From Salinispira sp. (GTDB lineage: Bacteria > Spirochaetota > Spirochaetia > DSM-27196 > Salinispiraceae), in assembly GCA_965226555.1 (NCBI GenBank), contig CBDDDG010000010.1, forward strand, positions 224,001-288,000: a DNA stretch of 64,000 nt, written 5' to 3'. Shown piece by piece: positions 18,804 to 29,772 of this stretch; positions within the stretch are counted from its first letter, which is position 1; the number at the start of each line of letters is the position of its first letter. The notes under the pieces were generated by a model. It was given only the letters and a program-made list of their open reading frames with translations. It was not told where the DNA came from and did no database searches. A program made the position numbers and the translations under genes.

Positions 18804-19733
18804 ATGGTCAAGTATTTTCTTAAGCGCCTCGCGTATTCGCTTTTTACCATCTTCGTTATAATTACGGTACTTTTTTTCGTGCTCCGCTCCATACCGGGCG
18901 GTCCCTTCACCCGGGAAAGAGCCATTCCCGATGAAATTCTCCGTATTATTGAACAAAAATATAACCTTGATCTCCCCCTGTATCAGCAGTATTTCAATTA
19001 TCTTAAGGGACTCATTACCTTTGATTTCGGCCCCTCGTATCAGAAAATTGGGACAAGCGTAAACGATATTATTGAGGCGGGCTTCCCGAACACTGCGCGT
19101 GTCGGCTTTTTTGCCGTTTTGTTTATTATCATTGTCGGAATACCGGTGGGCATTATCTCTGCCCTCAAAATGGGCAAGCCTGTGGACTATATGGTCATGT
19201 TTATGGCCACACTCGGCGTAACTCTGCCGAGTTTTGTTGTGGCAACACTGTTCATTCATTTATTCGCCGGAAAACTTGACTGGGTTCCTCCCTTCGGCAT
19301 AGGCCTTCCCGCCGGTTATATTGGTCCTGTGCTCGCGCTGTCGGGTTATTCTCTGTCCTTCGTGGCGCGTCTTACCCGATCCAGTATGCTTGAAGTACTC
19401 CGTGCCGACTACATTCAGACAGCTCGGGCAAATGGTCTCAGCGAATTTTCTGTTATTGTCAAACATGCGGTGAAAAACGCCATTATTCCTGTCATTACCT
19501 ACATGGGACCAACCATAGCAACTATTCTGACCGGCTCCTTCGTTGTTGAGAGGATATTTGCCATTCCGGGAATTGGGCGCTATTTTGTGGAAAGCGTCAC
19601 CAACAGAGATTACACAACCTATATGGCAGTAACCATTCTTTTTGCCGTCTTTTATGTGTTTATGATTCTTCTGGTGGATATTGCCTACGCGCTTGTTGAC
19701 CCGAGAATTCGTTTTGAAAAGGAAAAGGGGTAG
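18804..19733 (+). CDS. oppB: Oligopeptide ABC transporter permease
   Basis: IPGGPF, DFGPSY, EAA-like loop DYIQTARANGL, VERIFAIPGIG. GGAGG before ATG 18804. Confidence 0.93.
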   Translation: MVKYFLKRLAYSLFTIFVIITVLFFVLRSIPGGPFTRERAIPDEILRIIEQKYNLDLPLYQQYFNYLKGLITFDFGPSYQKIGTSVNDIIEAGFPNTARVGFFAVLFIIIVGIPVGIISALKMGKPVDYMVMFMATLGVTLPSFVVATLFIHLFAGKLDWVPPFGIGLPAGYIGPVLALSGYSLSFVARLTRSSMLEVLRADYIQTARANGLSEFSVIVKHAVKNAIIPVITYMGPTIATILTGSFVVERIFAIPGIGRYFVESVTNRDYTTYMAVTILFAVFYVFMILLVDIAYALVDPRIRFEKEKG

Positions 19734-19736
19734 GCT

Positions 19737-20942
19737 ATGGAGTCACATGATGCGGCGCATTTTGATGCGGCACTTTTTGAAAGAGCATACCAGCAGGCCG
19801 AAAGCGAGCCTGTCCGAGAAAGTCTCACCTACTGGCAGGATGCGTGGAGAAGGCTGAAAACCCACAAGCCGGCCATCGCGGGCCTCCTTGGTGTTATTTT
19901 CATTATATGCTTCGCGGTCTTCGGCCCCCTCTTTTCGTCTGTCTCCTATTCCGATCAGGCAATCGATTTTGCAAATCTTCCTCCCCGTCTCAGTATTTAC
20001 GAACTCGAAAAAGATCTCTTTGTCTTCCTCAACGCCGACTACAAGCTCATTCAGGTCTCGCAGCGCGGCGACATTCTTTCCCGTTTTGAACGAATTGAAC
20101 AGGATAACATTAACAAAATCTATGTCTACAGCAATGGCATTCATGACGTAACTCTGGACTTTTCCTACAACCTCCTGCCGGACAAAATGGACAGCCCCTT
20201 CGACTACAGCTTCATGTACCGAGGGAAGGAATACACCGAGGTAAGCCGGCGGGTACGGAACAGAACCTACCCCTTCGGAACCGACATTGTCGGCCGGAGC
20301 CTCCTTGTGCGTCTCATGGACGGCGCCCGCATTTCCCTCATGGTGGCCTTCGTTGCAAGCCTCGTGAACCTGCTCATCGGCGTTCTCTACGGTTCAATAG
20401 CGGCCTATGAAGGCGGACAAACGGATATTATCATGATGCGCATTGTCGACATACTCAACTCAATTCCTCTTGTGCTCTATGTTATTCTCATTAGGGTCAT
20501 TGCCGGCAACAGGGGACTGTGGACAATGATTTTCGCGCTCGGATCAGTCTACTGGGTTATTATGGCCCGGCTTGTCCGCGGACAGGTGCTCAGCCTCAAG
20601 GATCAGGAATTTGTTCTGGCTGCCCGCGCTCTTGGGGTTCCCCGTCTGCAAATTATTGTTAGGCATCTCATTCCGAACGCCATCGGGCCAATTATCGTGT
20701 CAATGACCATGATGATCCCCACGGCAGTGTTCACCGAAGCCTTTATCAGCTTCATTGGTCTGGGAGTATCGGCGCCCACGGCGTCCTGGGGAACCCTCGC
20801 GAACGATGCCCTCGGCAGCCTTCTGTCCTACCCCTATCAGCTTTTGTATCCTATTTTTGCCATAGCCATTACCATGCTGTCGTTCAACCTGCTTGGCGAT
20901 GGATTGCGGGATGCGCTGGACCCGCGTTTGAGAAAGGGCTGA
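19737..20942 (+). CDS. oppC: Oligopeptide ABC transporter permease
   Basis: YWQDAWRRL, FGTDIVGR, EFVLAARALG, GDGLRDALDPR. Confidence 0.93.
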   Translation: MESHDAAHFDAALFERAYQQAESEPVRESLTYWQDAWRRLKTHKPAIAGLLGVIFIICFAVFGPLFSSVSYSDQAIDFANLPPRLSIYELEKDLFVFLNADYKLIQVSQRGDILSRFERIEQDNINKIYVYSNGIHDVTLDFSYNLLPDKMDSPFDYSFMYRGKEYTEVSRRVRNRTYPFGTDIVGRSLLVRLMDGARISLMVAFVASLVNLLIGVLYGSIAAYEGGQTDIIMMRIVDILNSIPLVLYVILIRVIAGNRGLWTMIFALGSVYWVIMARLVRGQVLSLKDQEFVLAARALGVPRLQIIVRHLIPNAIGPIIVSMTMMIPTAVFTEAFISFIGLGVSAPTASWGTLANDALGSLLSYPYQLLYPIFAIAITMLSFNLLGDGLRDALDPRLRKG

Positions 20943-20955
20943 GGGGAGTAATGGA

Positions 20956-21963
20956 ATGAAAGCCCTGCTGGACGTCAGGAATCTTGAAACATCGTTTTAC
21001 ACCCATCTCGGTGAAATTCAGGCTGTGCGGGGCGCCAGCTTTGACCTCGAAGAAGGTGAGGTTCTTGGAATAGTTGGAGAGTCGGGAAGCGGTAAGAGTG
21101 TTACCGCCCTTTCCATTATGGGACTTATCCAGAACCCGGGGAAAATAAAAAACGGCACCATTACATTCCAGAATCAGGAACTTACCGCCCTGAGCACTAA
21201 GGAAATGTCCATGCTCAGGGGCAGCGATATCTCCATGATCTTCCAGGACCCCATGACCTCGCTCAACCCTGTGTATTCCATTGAAAACCAGATGATAGAG
21301 GTTATCCGCCGGCATCAGAAGCTGAAAAAACATGAAGCCCGCGAACGCGCGGTACATATGCTCAACCTTGTCGGCATACCCCACCCCAAAAAACGGATCA
21401 AAAACTATCCGCACGAGTTCTCGGGGGGAATGCGGCAGCGTGTCATGATCGCCACCGCCCTGAGCTGCAACCCGAAACTCCTCATTGCAGATGAACCAAC
21501 CACCGCTCTCGATGTTACTATTCAAGCGCAGATTCTTGAGCTTATGCGGGACCTCAAGGAGCGCATAAAAACCTCCATCATCATTATTACCCATGATCTC
21601 GGAGTGATCGCCGAAGTCTGCAATTACATTGTCGTTATGTATGGCGGAACCATCATGGAGACCGGAACAGAAAAGGATATTTTTTATAATCCGCAGAATC
21701 CTTACACAATCGGCCTTCATCAGTCCATACCCAAACCAACTGAAAAAGAAAAGCAGCGCCTCATTCCGATCACCGGCACTCCGCCCGATCTCCTTCATCC
21801 TCCTGCCGGCTGTCCCTTTGCTGCGCGCTGTCCCCATGCAATGAAAATATGTCTTGAAAAACGTCCTCCGAGTTTCAAACTATCGGATACTCATACCTCC
21901 GCATGCTGGCTCCTTCATTCCGAAGCTCCAACGGCGGCACCATACACGAATAAAGTTTCATGA
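20956..21963 (+). CDS. oppD: Oligopeptide ABC transporter ATP-binding protein
   Basis: [25 protein letters not shown]-terminal GCPFAARC. Confidence 0.95.
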   Translation: MKALLDVRNLETSFYTHLGEIQAVRGASFDLEEGEVLGIVGESGSGKSVTALSIMGLIQNPGKIKNGTITFQNQELTALSTKEMSMLRGSDISMIFQDPMTSLNPVYSIENQMIEVIRRHQKLKKHEARERAVHMLNLVGIPHPKKRIKNYPHEFSGGMRQRVMIATALSCNPKLLIADEPTTALDVTIQAQILELMRDLKERIKTSIIIITHDLGVIAEVCNYIVVMYGGTIMETGTEKDIFYNPQNPYTIGLHQSIPKPTEKEKQRLIPITGTPPDLLHPPAGCPFAARCPHAMKICLEKRPPSFKLSDTHTSACWLLHSEAPTAAPYTNKVS

Positions 21964-21978
21964 AGGGAGAAGTTGATC

Positions 21979-22953
21979 ATGAGTGAAGATTTACTGGCAG
22001 TTAAAGGACTGAAAAAATATTTTCCCGTAGACAGCCGCATTTTCCGCCGTAATCAGTCCTGGCTTAAGGCGGTTGATGGTGTGGATATCACGATTAAACG
22101 GGGTGAAACTTTCGGGCTTGTCGGGGAATCGGGCTGCGGAAAATCGACAACAGGCCGTACCATTCTCCGGCTCTATGAAGCGAGCAGCGGTAAAATCTTC
22201 TTCGATGGACAGGATATCACCAGTCTTGATGAAAAGAAACTCAAACCCTTTCGCAAGCGCATGCAGATGATTTTTCAGGATCCCTACGCAAGCCTCAACG
22301 GAAGAATGACCGTAAACGATATTATCGGAGAAGGAATAAGCATTCATCATCTCAGTGAAGGACGTGAAAAGCAGGAACGAATCTATGATCTGCTGTCTTA
22401 TGTCGGCCTCAAAAAAGAGCATGCCAACCGCTACCCCCACGAATTTTCCGGCGGACAGCGCCAGCGCATCGGCATTGCCCGGGCACTGGCTGTTGAACCC
22501 GAGCTGATAATATGCGATGAACCCATTTCTGCGCTGGATGTCTCAATTCAGGCTCAGGTCGTGAACATGCTGGAAGACCTCCAAGATGAATTGGGCCTCA
22601 CATATCTGTTCATTGCCCATGATCTTTCCATGGTAAAACACATTTCCAACCGCATCGGGGTTATGTATTTAGGTAAGCTGGTGGAGGTCTGTGAAAGCGG
22701 CGAACTGTACCGGAATCCGATGCACCCCTACACGAAGGCCCTGCTCTCGGCCATCCCCATTCCTGATCCTGATGTAACCAGAAATAACAAGCGAATCATT
22801 CTCAAGGGAGAGGTAACAAGCCCCATTGATCCGCCGAAAGGATGCCGCTTCGCCTCACGCTGTCCCCTGAAGACTGATCGCTGCACCGAAGAATCTCCCG
22901 ATCTGCGGGAACGTGCGCCGGGGCATTTCGTATCGTGCCATAACGTTGGCTGA
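21979..22953 (+). CDS. oppF: Oligopeptide ABC transporter ATP-binding protein
   Basis: [32 protein letters not shown]. Confidence 0.95.
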   Translation: MSEDLLAVKGLKKYFPVDSRIFRRNQSWLKAVDGVDITIKRGETFGLVGESGCGKSTTGRTILRLYEASSGKIFFDGQDITSLDEKKLKPFRKRMQMIFQDPYASLNGRMTVNDIIGEGISIHHLSEGREKQERIYDLLSYVGLKKEHANRYPHEFSGGQRQRIGIARALAVEPELIICDEPISALDVSIQAQVVNMLEDLQDELGLTYLFIAHDLSMVKHISNRIGVMYLGKLVEVCESGELYRNPMHPYTKALLSAIPIPDPDVTRNNKRIILKGEVTSPIDPPKGCRFASRCPLKTDRCTEESPDLRERAPGHFVSCHNVG

Positions 22954-23334
22954 GCGGCGGGCACGGGGCGCTGGTGATCGGCAATTACCGTGAATAATTG
23001 GAATTTCCTGTCGGGACAGTTTTTGCCGGAAGCCATATAAGGGTTCAATAGCCGCTGAGGGCTATGGGTTATGAAACTAATCATTTACCATGTCACCATC
23101 AATGTGTTTGGAAAGAATTTTGCAAAATTGTGAATTTTTTCGGGGCGGGCGGGGAGATGGAGTCTGCTCAAATGTTTATTTCCAATAAAATTCATGTAAG
23201 TAGTTGATATTTCAGATACTTTGTGGTAACCTTTGTATAAGGTTTCAGTGCGTATCTGCAATGAAACATAGACAAAGTTTTGCAAAATGCAAAACTTTCT
23301 AGAGACAAATATTTTTAGAGAAAGAGGTATTAGT

Positions 23335-24612
23335 ATGATGTTTACTTTTAATCCACTACGAAAGTTATGGGGAGGGTTTCCTGGTTTTGTTGCAATAATC
23401 GTGATTCTCATCGCCTTACTTGCTGGATGTCCAATGCCGGAACCAACTCCTGACTCCGAGCCCATGACGGAACCCGAGCCCATGCCGGAACCCGAGCCCA
23501 TGACGGAAGCAACCCCTCCAAGCACCATGGATGCTCCCGCGATCACCGTTGGACACACCCAGCTCACCGCGACATGGAGCCCCCCCAACAATGACGGCGG
23601 CAGTGAAATTACTGCGTACCATGTGCAGCACAAAATAAGCGCCGCAGAATGGCCAGAGGACGACACAACGGACACCGCCATTATCAGTGATACTACTATC
23701 ACAAGCCACCCCATTACCGGGCTGATAAATGGCAACGTCTACGATGTGCGGGTGCGCGCGGTCAACATGCAGGGCAATGGGGTTTGGTCTGAACACGCAT
23801 CAGCAATGTTGCCGATTCCTGTGACACAGACTCCTGCGGGTACGGCAGCGACGGTAAGCCTATCGGCTGCCGCGCGAGCCATTATTGCCGATGAGAGCCC
23901 AACCGTTACGTTGACCATCGTGGAACAGGGTACCCTCGCGGTTAGTGCATCAGGAGTCAGTATCACTCCCGCAACTACGCCCGCAGGGCTTACCGTTCCG
24001 ACAGTTGATTCGGGTACCGGCATGGTTACGGTTGCTGCGGATACAACGGCAGGGACATATCTGGTATATGGCGAAACCGGAACAGGAGATATACTCTTTG
24101 CTGAATATTTCTTTGTTACCGTGAGTCCTCAAGATAAAACCGAACTGCAAGCAATAGTAACTGCGGCGATAGGAAACATCAACGATGCTAATGATTCTGG
24201 AATCTGGGGCGATACTGCCAATCTCAACTACATTATTACTACGGCAGTAACGGATATGTCCAATATGTTCCAGAGTGCAAGTGCATTCAATGGCGATATC
24301 TCGGGCTGGGATGTCAGCGCGGTAACGACTATGCGGTCGATGTTCTTTCAGGCAAGCACATTCAATAGCGATATCACCGGCTGGGATGTCAGCGCGGTAA
24401 CGGATATAGCTTGGATGTTCTATCAGGCAAGCGCATTCAATCGCGATCTTGAGGAGTGGAAGGATCATTGGACACTCAGTGATAACAAATACACCCTTGG
24501 CAAATACACCGGAGCAAAAGGCGGTATGTTTTTGTTTTCCGGCGTGGTGACGAATACGGACGGGTCGGATATGAGTAAGCCTACAGGTGTGGGTGCTCCG
24601 TCATGGTATTAG
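23335..24612 (+). CDS. Surface lipoprotein: Fn3 domain + DUF285/BspA-like repeats
   Basis: Lipobox LLAG-C, PEPMTE repeats, one Fn3 (NDGGSEITAY...VRVRAVN), 25-aa repeats MF..A.AFN.DI.GWDVSAVT. Start taken at ATG 23335 after AGAGG. Confidence 0.82.
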   Translation: MMFTFNPLRKLWGGFPGFVAIIVILIALLAGCPMPEPTPDSEPMTEPEPMPEPEPMTEATPPSTMDAPAITVGHTQLTATWSPPNNDGGSEITAYHVQHKISAAEWPEDDTTDTAIISDTTITSHPITGLINGNVYDVRVRAVNMQGNGVWSEHASAMLPIPVTQTPAGTAATVSLSAAARAIIADESPTVTLTIVEQGTLAVSASGVSITPATTPAGLTVPTVDSGTGMVTVAADTTAGTYLVYGETGTGDILFAEYFFVTVSPQDKTELQAIVTAAIGNINDANDSGIWGDTANLNYIITTAVTDMSNMFQSASAFNGDISGWDVSAVTTMRSMFFQASTFNSDITGWDVSAVTDIAWMFYQASAFNRDLEEWKDHWTLSDNKYTLGKYTGAKGGMFLFSGVVTNTDGSDMSKPTGVGAPSWY

Positions 24613-25549
24613 GAGCAGTTTTATAGCCCGCAGTAACTCTCGAATTTTTATCAATTTTTTTAAGGGGACATTCATCGGTATCGCAAATGTTATTCCCGGC
24701 GTAAGCGGGGGAACAATTGCCGTCATTACCGGTGTATATGAACCGCTTGTGGGCTTTTTCGGCACATCGCTGAACCGTGAGTGGCCGGGCAAATTCCGAA
24801 ACATTATGCCCCTGCTCTTTCCCGTTATGTTTGGCATGTTCGCGGGCATTCTTCTGCTGGCCAACCTCATTGACAGCCTCTTTCTAGTTGCGCCATCGCA
24901 AATTCAGTTCTTTTTCATAGGGCTTATTCTCGGAAGCGCTCCATATGTTGCGAAGCAGGGCAGCAAAAATCAGTTCAAAATCTCATATCTCATAGTCTTT
25001 CTCCTCGCAGCCGCCCTGATCATATGGATGGGCATACGGGCGCGGGAAATGGGCGACCGTTCTACCCTCATTGACACCCAGAACATCATCAGAACACTGA
25101 CCCCCCTCAACGCTGTCATCATCATCAGCACCGGAATACTCACTTCTGCCACCATGCTCATGCCGGGAGTAAGCGGCGCCTTTATTATGGTACTCATTGG
25201 CATGTATGCGACCTACATTGTCATGATTGAGGAACTGAACTTTCCCATTATCCTCACCTTTCTTACCGGCGCAATTGCCGGGCTCTTTCTCTGCGCGAAA
25301 ATCATTTCCACGCTTCTGAATAAATTCCATGGACACAGTTACTACACCATTCTCGGGCTCATGATCGGCTCCATATCCTTCCTCTGGCCGGGGCTGAGTT
25401 TCAATGTATCCGACATTGTCTCAGTCATCGCCTGCCTCGGAGGTTTCCTGCTTGCCTTTTTTCTCAGCAATGGTCACAAAAATGATGACCACCGATATCG
25501 CAGTCAGAACCATCGGATCAGCCAATCGGAAACGGAGAGTAAGCAATGA
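24587..25549 (+). CDS. DUF368 family membrane protein (undecaprenyl-phosphate translocase family)
   Basis: Duplicated motifs ANVIPGVSGGTIA and MLMPGVSGA in a multi-TM protein. Start codon uncertain. Confidence 0.85.
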   Translation: MWVLRHGIRSSFIARSNSRIFINFFKGTFIGIANVIPGVSGGTIAVITGVYEPLVGFFGTSLNREWPGKFRNIMPLLFPVMFGMFAGILLLANLIDSLFLVAPSQIQFFFIGLILGSAPYVAKQGSKNQFKISYLIVFLLAAALIIWMGIRAREMGDRSTLIDTQNIIRTLTPLNAVIIISTGILTSATMLMPGVSGAFIMVLIGMYATYIVMIEELNFPIILTFLTGAIAGLFLCAKIISTLLNKFHGHSYYTILGLMIGSISFLWPGLSFNVSDIVSVIACLGGFLLAFFLSNGHKNDDHRYRSQNHRISQSETESKQ

Positions 25550-26445
25550 GCAGCGAAAAAAACAAAACACACATACTTCGAAAGACAGCCCTGACAATTG
25601 TCATAATTGTCATACTCTGGCAGGCAGCCCGATTAATTACCGGCATTGTTGTTCCTCCCTTTCCGCCGCATCCTCTGCAGGAAAAACCAATGACAGTTAT
25701 CGCGCATCAGGGGGGGAAGAATCTCCTTCCCGAAAATACCCTGCCGGCCTTTGAGAACGCGCTCCGGGTCGGCGCAGATGCGCTCGAAATGGATGTTCAC
25801 CTCACGAAGGACGGACATCTTGTCGTTATTCATGATGATACTGTCGACCGCACAACAAACGGAAGCGGCAGCGTTGCCGAGTTCAGCCTCCGTGAGCTGA
25901 AGGAACTGGATGCTGCCTACCGATGGCAGGAAGGCGATAATTTTCCCTACCGCGGACAGGGCATACGCATTCCGACCCTGACGGAAATTCTTGAGCAATT
26001 TCCCGACACCATAAAAATTATTGAAATGAAACCGGATGACCCTAACATTGCGGCAGCTCTTGGAACCATGCTCAGGGAATGGGAACAGGATGAGCTTGTC
26101 ATTGTCGGTTCTTTCCACATCGATATCCTGAAACGTTTTCGCAGGAATTATCCTGAATTTATGACCAGCGCAGGATTAAATGAGGTTGCCCGATTTTTTG
26201 TTATGAATCATCTTGGTTTTTCTGGAAGTTATCCCTTCCACTTCGGTTTTTTTCAGGTGCCTGTGCAGTATGGACCGCTGAAGGTTGTTACATCTTCATT
26301 CATTAAAAACGCGCAGAGAAATAACATCATTGTTCAGGCATGGACTATTAATGATCCCGATGAAATGCGTGAACTGCTGAATATGGGAATTAACGGTATT
26401 ATTACCGATGACCCTGAAACACTCAAAATGATTTCAGAACAATAA
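25546..26445 (+). CDS. Glycerophosphodiester phosphodiesterase
   Basis: IAHQGG...PENT, EMDVHLTKDG..VVIHD, WTIND, GIITD. N-terminal TM/signal. Confidence 0.92.
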   Translation: MSSEKNKTHILRKTALTIVIIVILWQAARLITGIVVPPFPPHPLQEKPMTVIAHQGGKNLLPENTLPAFENALRVGADALEMDVHLTKDGHLVVIHDDTVDRTTNGSGSVAEFSLRELKELDAAYRWQEGDNFPYRGQGIRIPTLTEILEQFPDTIKIIEMKPDDPNIAAALGTMLREWEQDELVIVGSFHIDILKRFRRNYPEFMTSAGLNEVARFFVMNHLGFSGSYPFHFGFFQVPVQYGPLKVVTSSFIKNAQRNNIIVQAWTINDPDEMRELLNMGINGIITDDPETLKMISEQ

Positions 26446-26484
26446 CAAAGTTTTGCTACTGAAAATTTTGCTCTCAAAAGTTTC
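26446..26484 (+). mobile_element. Short (39-bp) copy of the palindromic element
   Basis: CAAAGTTTTGC...CAAAAGTTTC flanked by AATAA at 26441-26445 and 26485-26489. Confidence 0.7.
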
Positions 26485-26499
26485 AATAAGGAAAGAGAT

Positions 26500-27420
26500 G
26501 TGGCGCTACTTGGCGGAATTGAGGCAGGCGGAACAAAGTTTGTCTGTGTTCTGGGCGATAGTCCCAATAACATTCTTCGGGAAGAACGAATACCCACCAC
26601 AAATCCTGAAGAAACACTCTCACGATCTCTTGAGTTCTTTCAGAATGCCTCTGCCGATTTAGGCAGTACCTACGGACCGCTCAGGGCAATGGGCATTGGA
26701 ACCTTCGGACCGGTGGATATGCGCTCCGAATCGGCAACCTGGGGCTTCGTTACCACCACTCCCAAAGCCGGTTGGCAGAATACTGATATGTGCTCCCTGT
26801 TCTCCCGAAGCCTCGGAATACCTGTTGATTTTGATACCGATGTAAACGCAGCTGCCCTCGGTGAGGGATATGCGGGCGCAGGGCGCGGTTTGTCCGTTTT
26901 CATGTACATTACCGTTGGAACAGGCATAGGCGGCGGCATTATGATTAACGGAAGTCCTGTTCACGGGCTCCTTCATCCTGAGGTAGGGCATATACTTCTC
27001 AGCCCGAAAGAGGGTGATGATTTTTCGGGAAACTGCCCCTATCATGGACGCTGCATGGAAGGGCTGTGCTCGGGACCTGCCATTGAAAAGCGCTGGGGAA
27101 TATCTGCAGAAAAACTCTCCTCTGAGCATCCGGCATGGGATATAGAAGCATTCTACCTCGCGCAGGCGCTCATGTCTTATGTCTTGACTATAAGTCCTGA
27201 GTGTATTATTTTAGGTGGAGGTGTAATGCACCAGCGCCAACTCTTTCCGAAAATCCGCAGATTTCTGAAGGAATTTCTTAATGGATATGTTGCTTCCCCT
27301 GCCATATTGGAAGAAGATGAGAATTTTATTATTCCTTCCGAATTGGGGGATAGGGCAGGAGTTACCGGCACTCTTGTTATGGCGCGTACTATTTTCAGCA
27401 GACAGGACAGGGAGGGATAG
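26500..27420 (+). CDS. ROK family sugar kinase (fructokinase-like)
   Basis: GIEAGGTKF, FDTDVN, YITVGTGIGGG, HPEVGH, CPYHG.C.EG. GTG start. Confidence 0.9.
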   Translation: MALLGGIEAGGTKFVCVLGDSPNNILREERIPTTNPEETLSRSLEFFQNASADLGSTYGPLRAMGIGTFGPVDMRSESATWGFVTTTPKAGWQNTDMCSLFSRSLGIPVDFDTDVNAAALGEGYAGAGRGLSVFMYITVGTGIGGGIMINGSPVHGLLHPEVGHILLSPKEGDDFSGNCPYHGRCMEGLCSGPAIEKRWGISAEKLSSEHPAWDIEAFYLAQALMSYVLTISPECIILGGGVMHQRQLFPKIRRFLKEFLNGYVASPAILEEDENFIIPSELGDRAGVTGTLVMARTIFSRQDREG

Positions 27421-27425
27421 CAGAC

Positions 27426-27977
27426 ATGAGCCCCAGACAGAGAAGAAGAGGAAGAAGAGGAGGAAGAGGAAGACGGAGCTCACGCAATACATTGGATATT
27501 CTCAGCCGGTCATCGGAAAAACAAAACCGGCAGATAACGCAGCGAGACCGGCAACCGGCGTATGTATACCTGCCGCCTCCGGTACCAGAAAAAGAATATG
27601 ATCCCTGCCCCATAAGCGGTGAAGCAATTGATAACATTTACATCGCCATATCAGACCCCGACTCCGGCAAACCCGCCCGCTTTGACAAGGTGCTTGAACA
27701 CATCAGTCAACAGGAAGTGCTGAGCAATAAACAGAGGCTGGCCTACATCGGGGCCGGTAATTTCGCCATTCTTGAAAACAAAACCGAAAACGGAAAAACC
27801 CAGATCCAAGTCATGAAAAAAATCCCCTATGAGGACCCCTACGATAGAAAAAAGTGGCGGAAGGAGCTGAGCCCCGGTATTTCCCGGGATTATGTGCCGA
27901 ATCCGCAGCCCTTAGACGATTTATATACCCGGGAGGAAATAAGAGCCTTCCCCTCCTTTGAATTTACCCGCTTATGA
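27426..27977 (+). CDS. Hypothetical protein with Arg-rich N-terminus
   Basis: 183-aa ORF with RBS GGAGG, co-oriented with the upstream operon. No confident family. Confidence 0.7.
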   Translation: MSPRQRRRGRRGGRGRRSSRNTLDILSRSSEKQNRQITQRDRQPAYVYLPPPVPEKEYDPCPISGEAIDNIYIAISDPDSGKPARFDKVLEHISQQEVLSNKQRLAYIGAGNFAILENKTENGKTQIQVMKKIPYEDPYDRKKWRKELSPGISRDYVPNPQPLDDLYTREEIRAFPSFEFTRL

Positions 27978-27988
27978 TCCTCTCGGGC

Positions 27989-29719
27989 TTACCCAGCGCC
28001 CGCCCGCATCTCGCTGTTTCGCTGAACCCGTGCCCACCCATCTTTCAAGCTGACCGTCCGATTAAACACCGGGCGCTCAGGGCTATGATCAGAATCGGCG
28101 CAGAAATATCCCTGCCGAAGAAACTGAAACTTCTCCCCGCAGGCAGCTCCGGCAAGGGCGGGTTCAATTTTTCCGGTAACTACCCGCAGACTCCGGGGGT
28201 TAACGGCATCTGGAAAATCCGCATCGCCGGGCAGGGCAGCAGGGTTTTCACAGGTAAAAAGCGGTTCATACAGCCGTAGTTCTGCGTCCGGTGCATGGGC
28301 AGCGCTAAGCCAGTGGAGAGCCCCCCGCACCTTGCGGCCGTCCGGACTCCGCCCCCCCCTGCTTGCGGGATCATAGGTGCAATGAATTTCAGTAACCGCT
28401 CCCGCAGCGTCCTTCACTACCCGCCCGCAGCGGATAAAATAGGCATGCTTCAGGCGCACCTCCCTGCCCGGAGCAAGACGGAAAAATTTCTTCGGCGGAT
28501 CTTCCATGAAATCTTCTCTTTCAATGAAGATCACCCGGGAAAAGGGAAGCTCGCGGGTACCGGCGCCCTCGTCTTCAGGATTGTTATCCGCCTCAATCAT
28601 TTCCACCTTCTCTTCGGGATAGTTGTCGATAATCACCTTCACCGGATCAATGACCGCCATAGCTCGTTGAACTGTTTTGTTCATATCCTCACGCACAAAA
28701 AACTCAAGCAGGCTCAGCGCAACCATGCTCTCGGTTTTCGTTACCCCGATATGGGCCACAAAATTGCGGATGGCTCGGGCAGTATAGCCTCGGCGCCGCA
28801 TACCGCTGATTGTGGGCATGCGGGGGTCATCCCAGGAACTAACATATTTTTCTTCCACAAGGCGGCGGAGTTTGCGTTTGCTCATAATGGTATGGCTCAG
28901 GTTCAGGCGGGCAAATTCAATTTGACGCGGCGGATAGGGAAGGTCGATTTTTTCCAGAAACCAGTTGTACAGCGGGCGGTGGTTTTCAAATTCCAGGGTA
29001 CAGATGGAATGGCTGATGCCTTCAATCGCGTCCGATTGCCCGTGCGCCCAGTCATACATTGGGTAGATACACCAGGCATTACCGCTTCGCTGATGCTCCT
29101 CGTGCCGAATTCGATACATGACGGGGTCCCGCATATTCAAATTGGGATGCGCCATATCAATTTTGGCCCGTAAAACATGGGAACCATCGGGGTGCTTGCC
29201 CTCCCGCATCTCGCGAAAGAGGCGCGCATTTTCCTCAACGGGGCGTTCGCGGTAAGGGCTGTTTACTCCGGCTGTGGTCGGGGTACCGCGGTTCTGTGAT
29301 ATTGCATCGGCATTCTGGCTATCCACATATGCCAGATCCTTTTCGATAAGTTCGACAGCCCAGTCATACAGCTGATCAAAATAATCCGAGGTAAAGTAGA
29401 GCCTATCCTTCCAGTCAAAGCCCAGCCAACGGATGTCTTCCTGAATGGCCTCGACAAATTCCTGTTCCTCACTGGAGGGGTTGGTATCATCAAAGCGAAG
29501 ATTGTACACCGCGTTGGGGAATTCATCCGCAATACCATAGTTCAGGCAGATACTCTTTGCATGTCCAATGTGGAGATAGCCGTTTGGTTCGGGAGGAAAT
29601 CGGGTACGCACCGATCCCCGTACAAGCCCATCTCTCAGATCTTCCTCAATAATGGAACAAATAAAATTCATCCTGCTTACGGCAGTAGTATCTTCTTTCT
29701 CTTTCATATTCATGTTCAT
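27989..29719 (-). CDS. glnS: Glutamine--tRNA ligase
   Basis: TRFPPEPNGYLHIGHAK (HIGH), MSKRK, WDDPR, FQFLRQGYF. Confidence 0.96.
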   Translation of the reverse strand: MNMNMKEKEDTTAVSRMNFICSIIEEDLRDGLVRGSVRTRFPPEPNGYLHIGHAKSICLNYGIADEFPNAVYNLRFDDTNPSSEEQEFVEAIQEDIRWLGFDWKDRLYFTSDYFDQLYDWAVELIEKDLAYVDSQNADAISQNRGTPTTAGVNSPYRERPVEENARLFREMREGKHPDGSHVLRAKIDMAHPNLNMRDPVMYRIRHEEHQRSGNAWCIYPMYDWAHGQSDAIEGISHSICTLEFENHRPLYNWFLEKIDLPYPPRQIEFARLNLSHTIMSKRKLRRLVEEKYVSSWDDPRMPTISGMRRRGYTARAIRNFVAHIGVTKTESMVALSLLEFFVREDMNKTVQRAMAVIDPVKVIIDNYPEEKVEMIEADNNPEDEGAGTRELPFSRVIFIEREDFMEDPPKKFFRLAPGREVRLKHAYFIRCGRVVKDAAGAVTEIHCTYDPASRGGRSPDGRKVRGALHWLSAAHAPDAELRLYEPLFTCENPAALPGDADFPDAVNPRSLRVVTGKIEPALAGAACGEKFQFLRQGYFCADSDHSPERPVFNRTVSLKDGWARVQRNSEMRAGAG

Positions 29720-29772
29720 TGATGTGGTATACCTCGTAAAAAATACTGATAGAAACTTTGTGATAGAAACGT

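Noticed and set aside
28295..29173. Long antisense ORFs (e.g. 28295-29173, 20884-21837, 39830-40645, 50161-51084)
   Set aside because: Shadow frames opposite well-supported genes, with no motifs.
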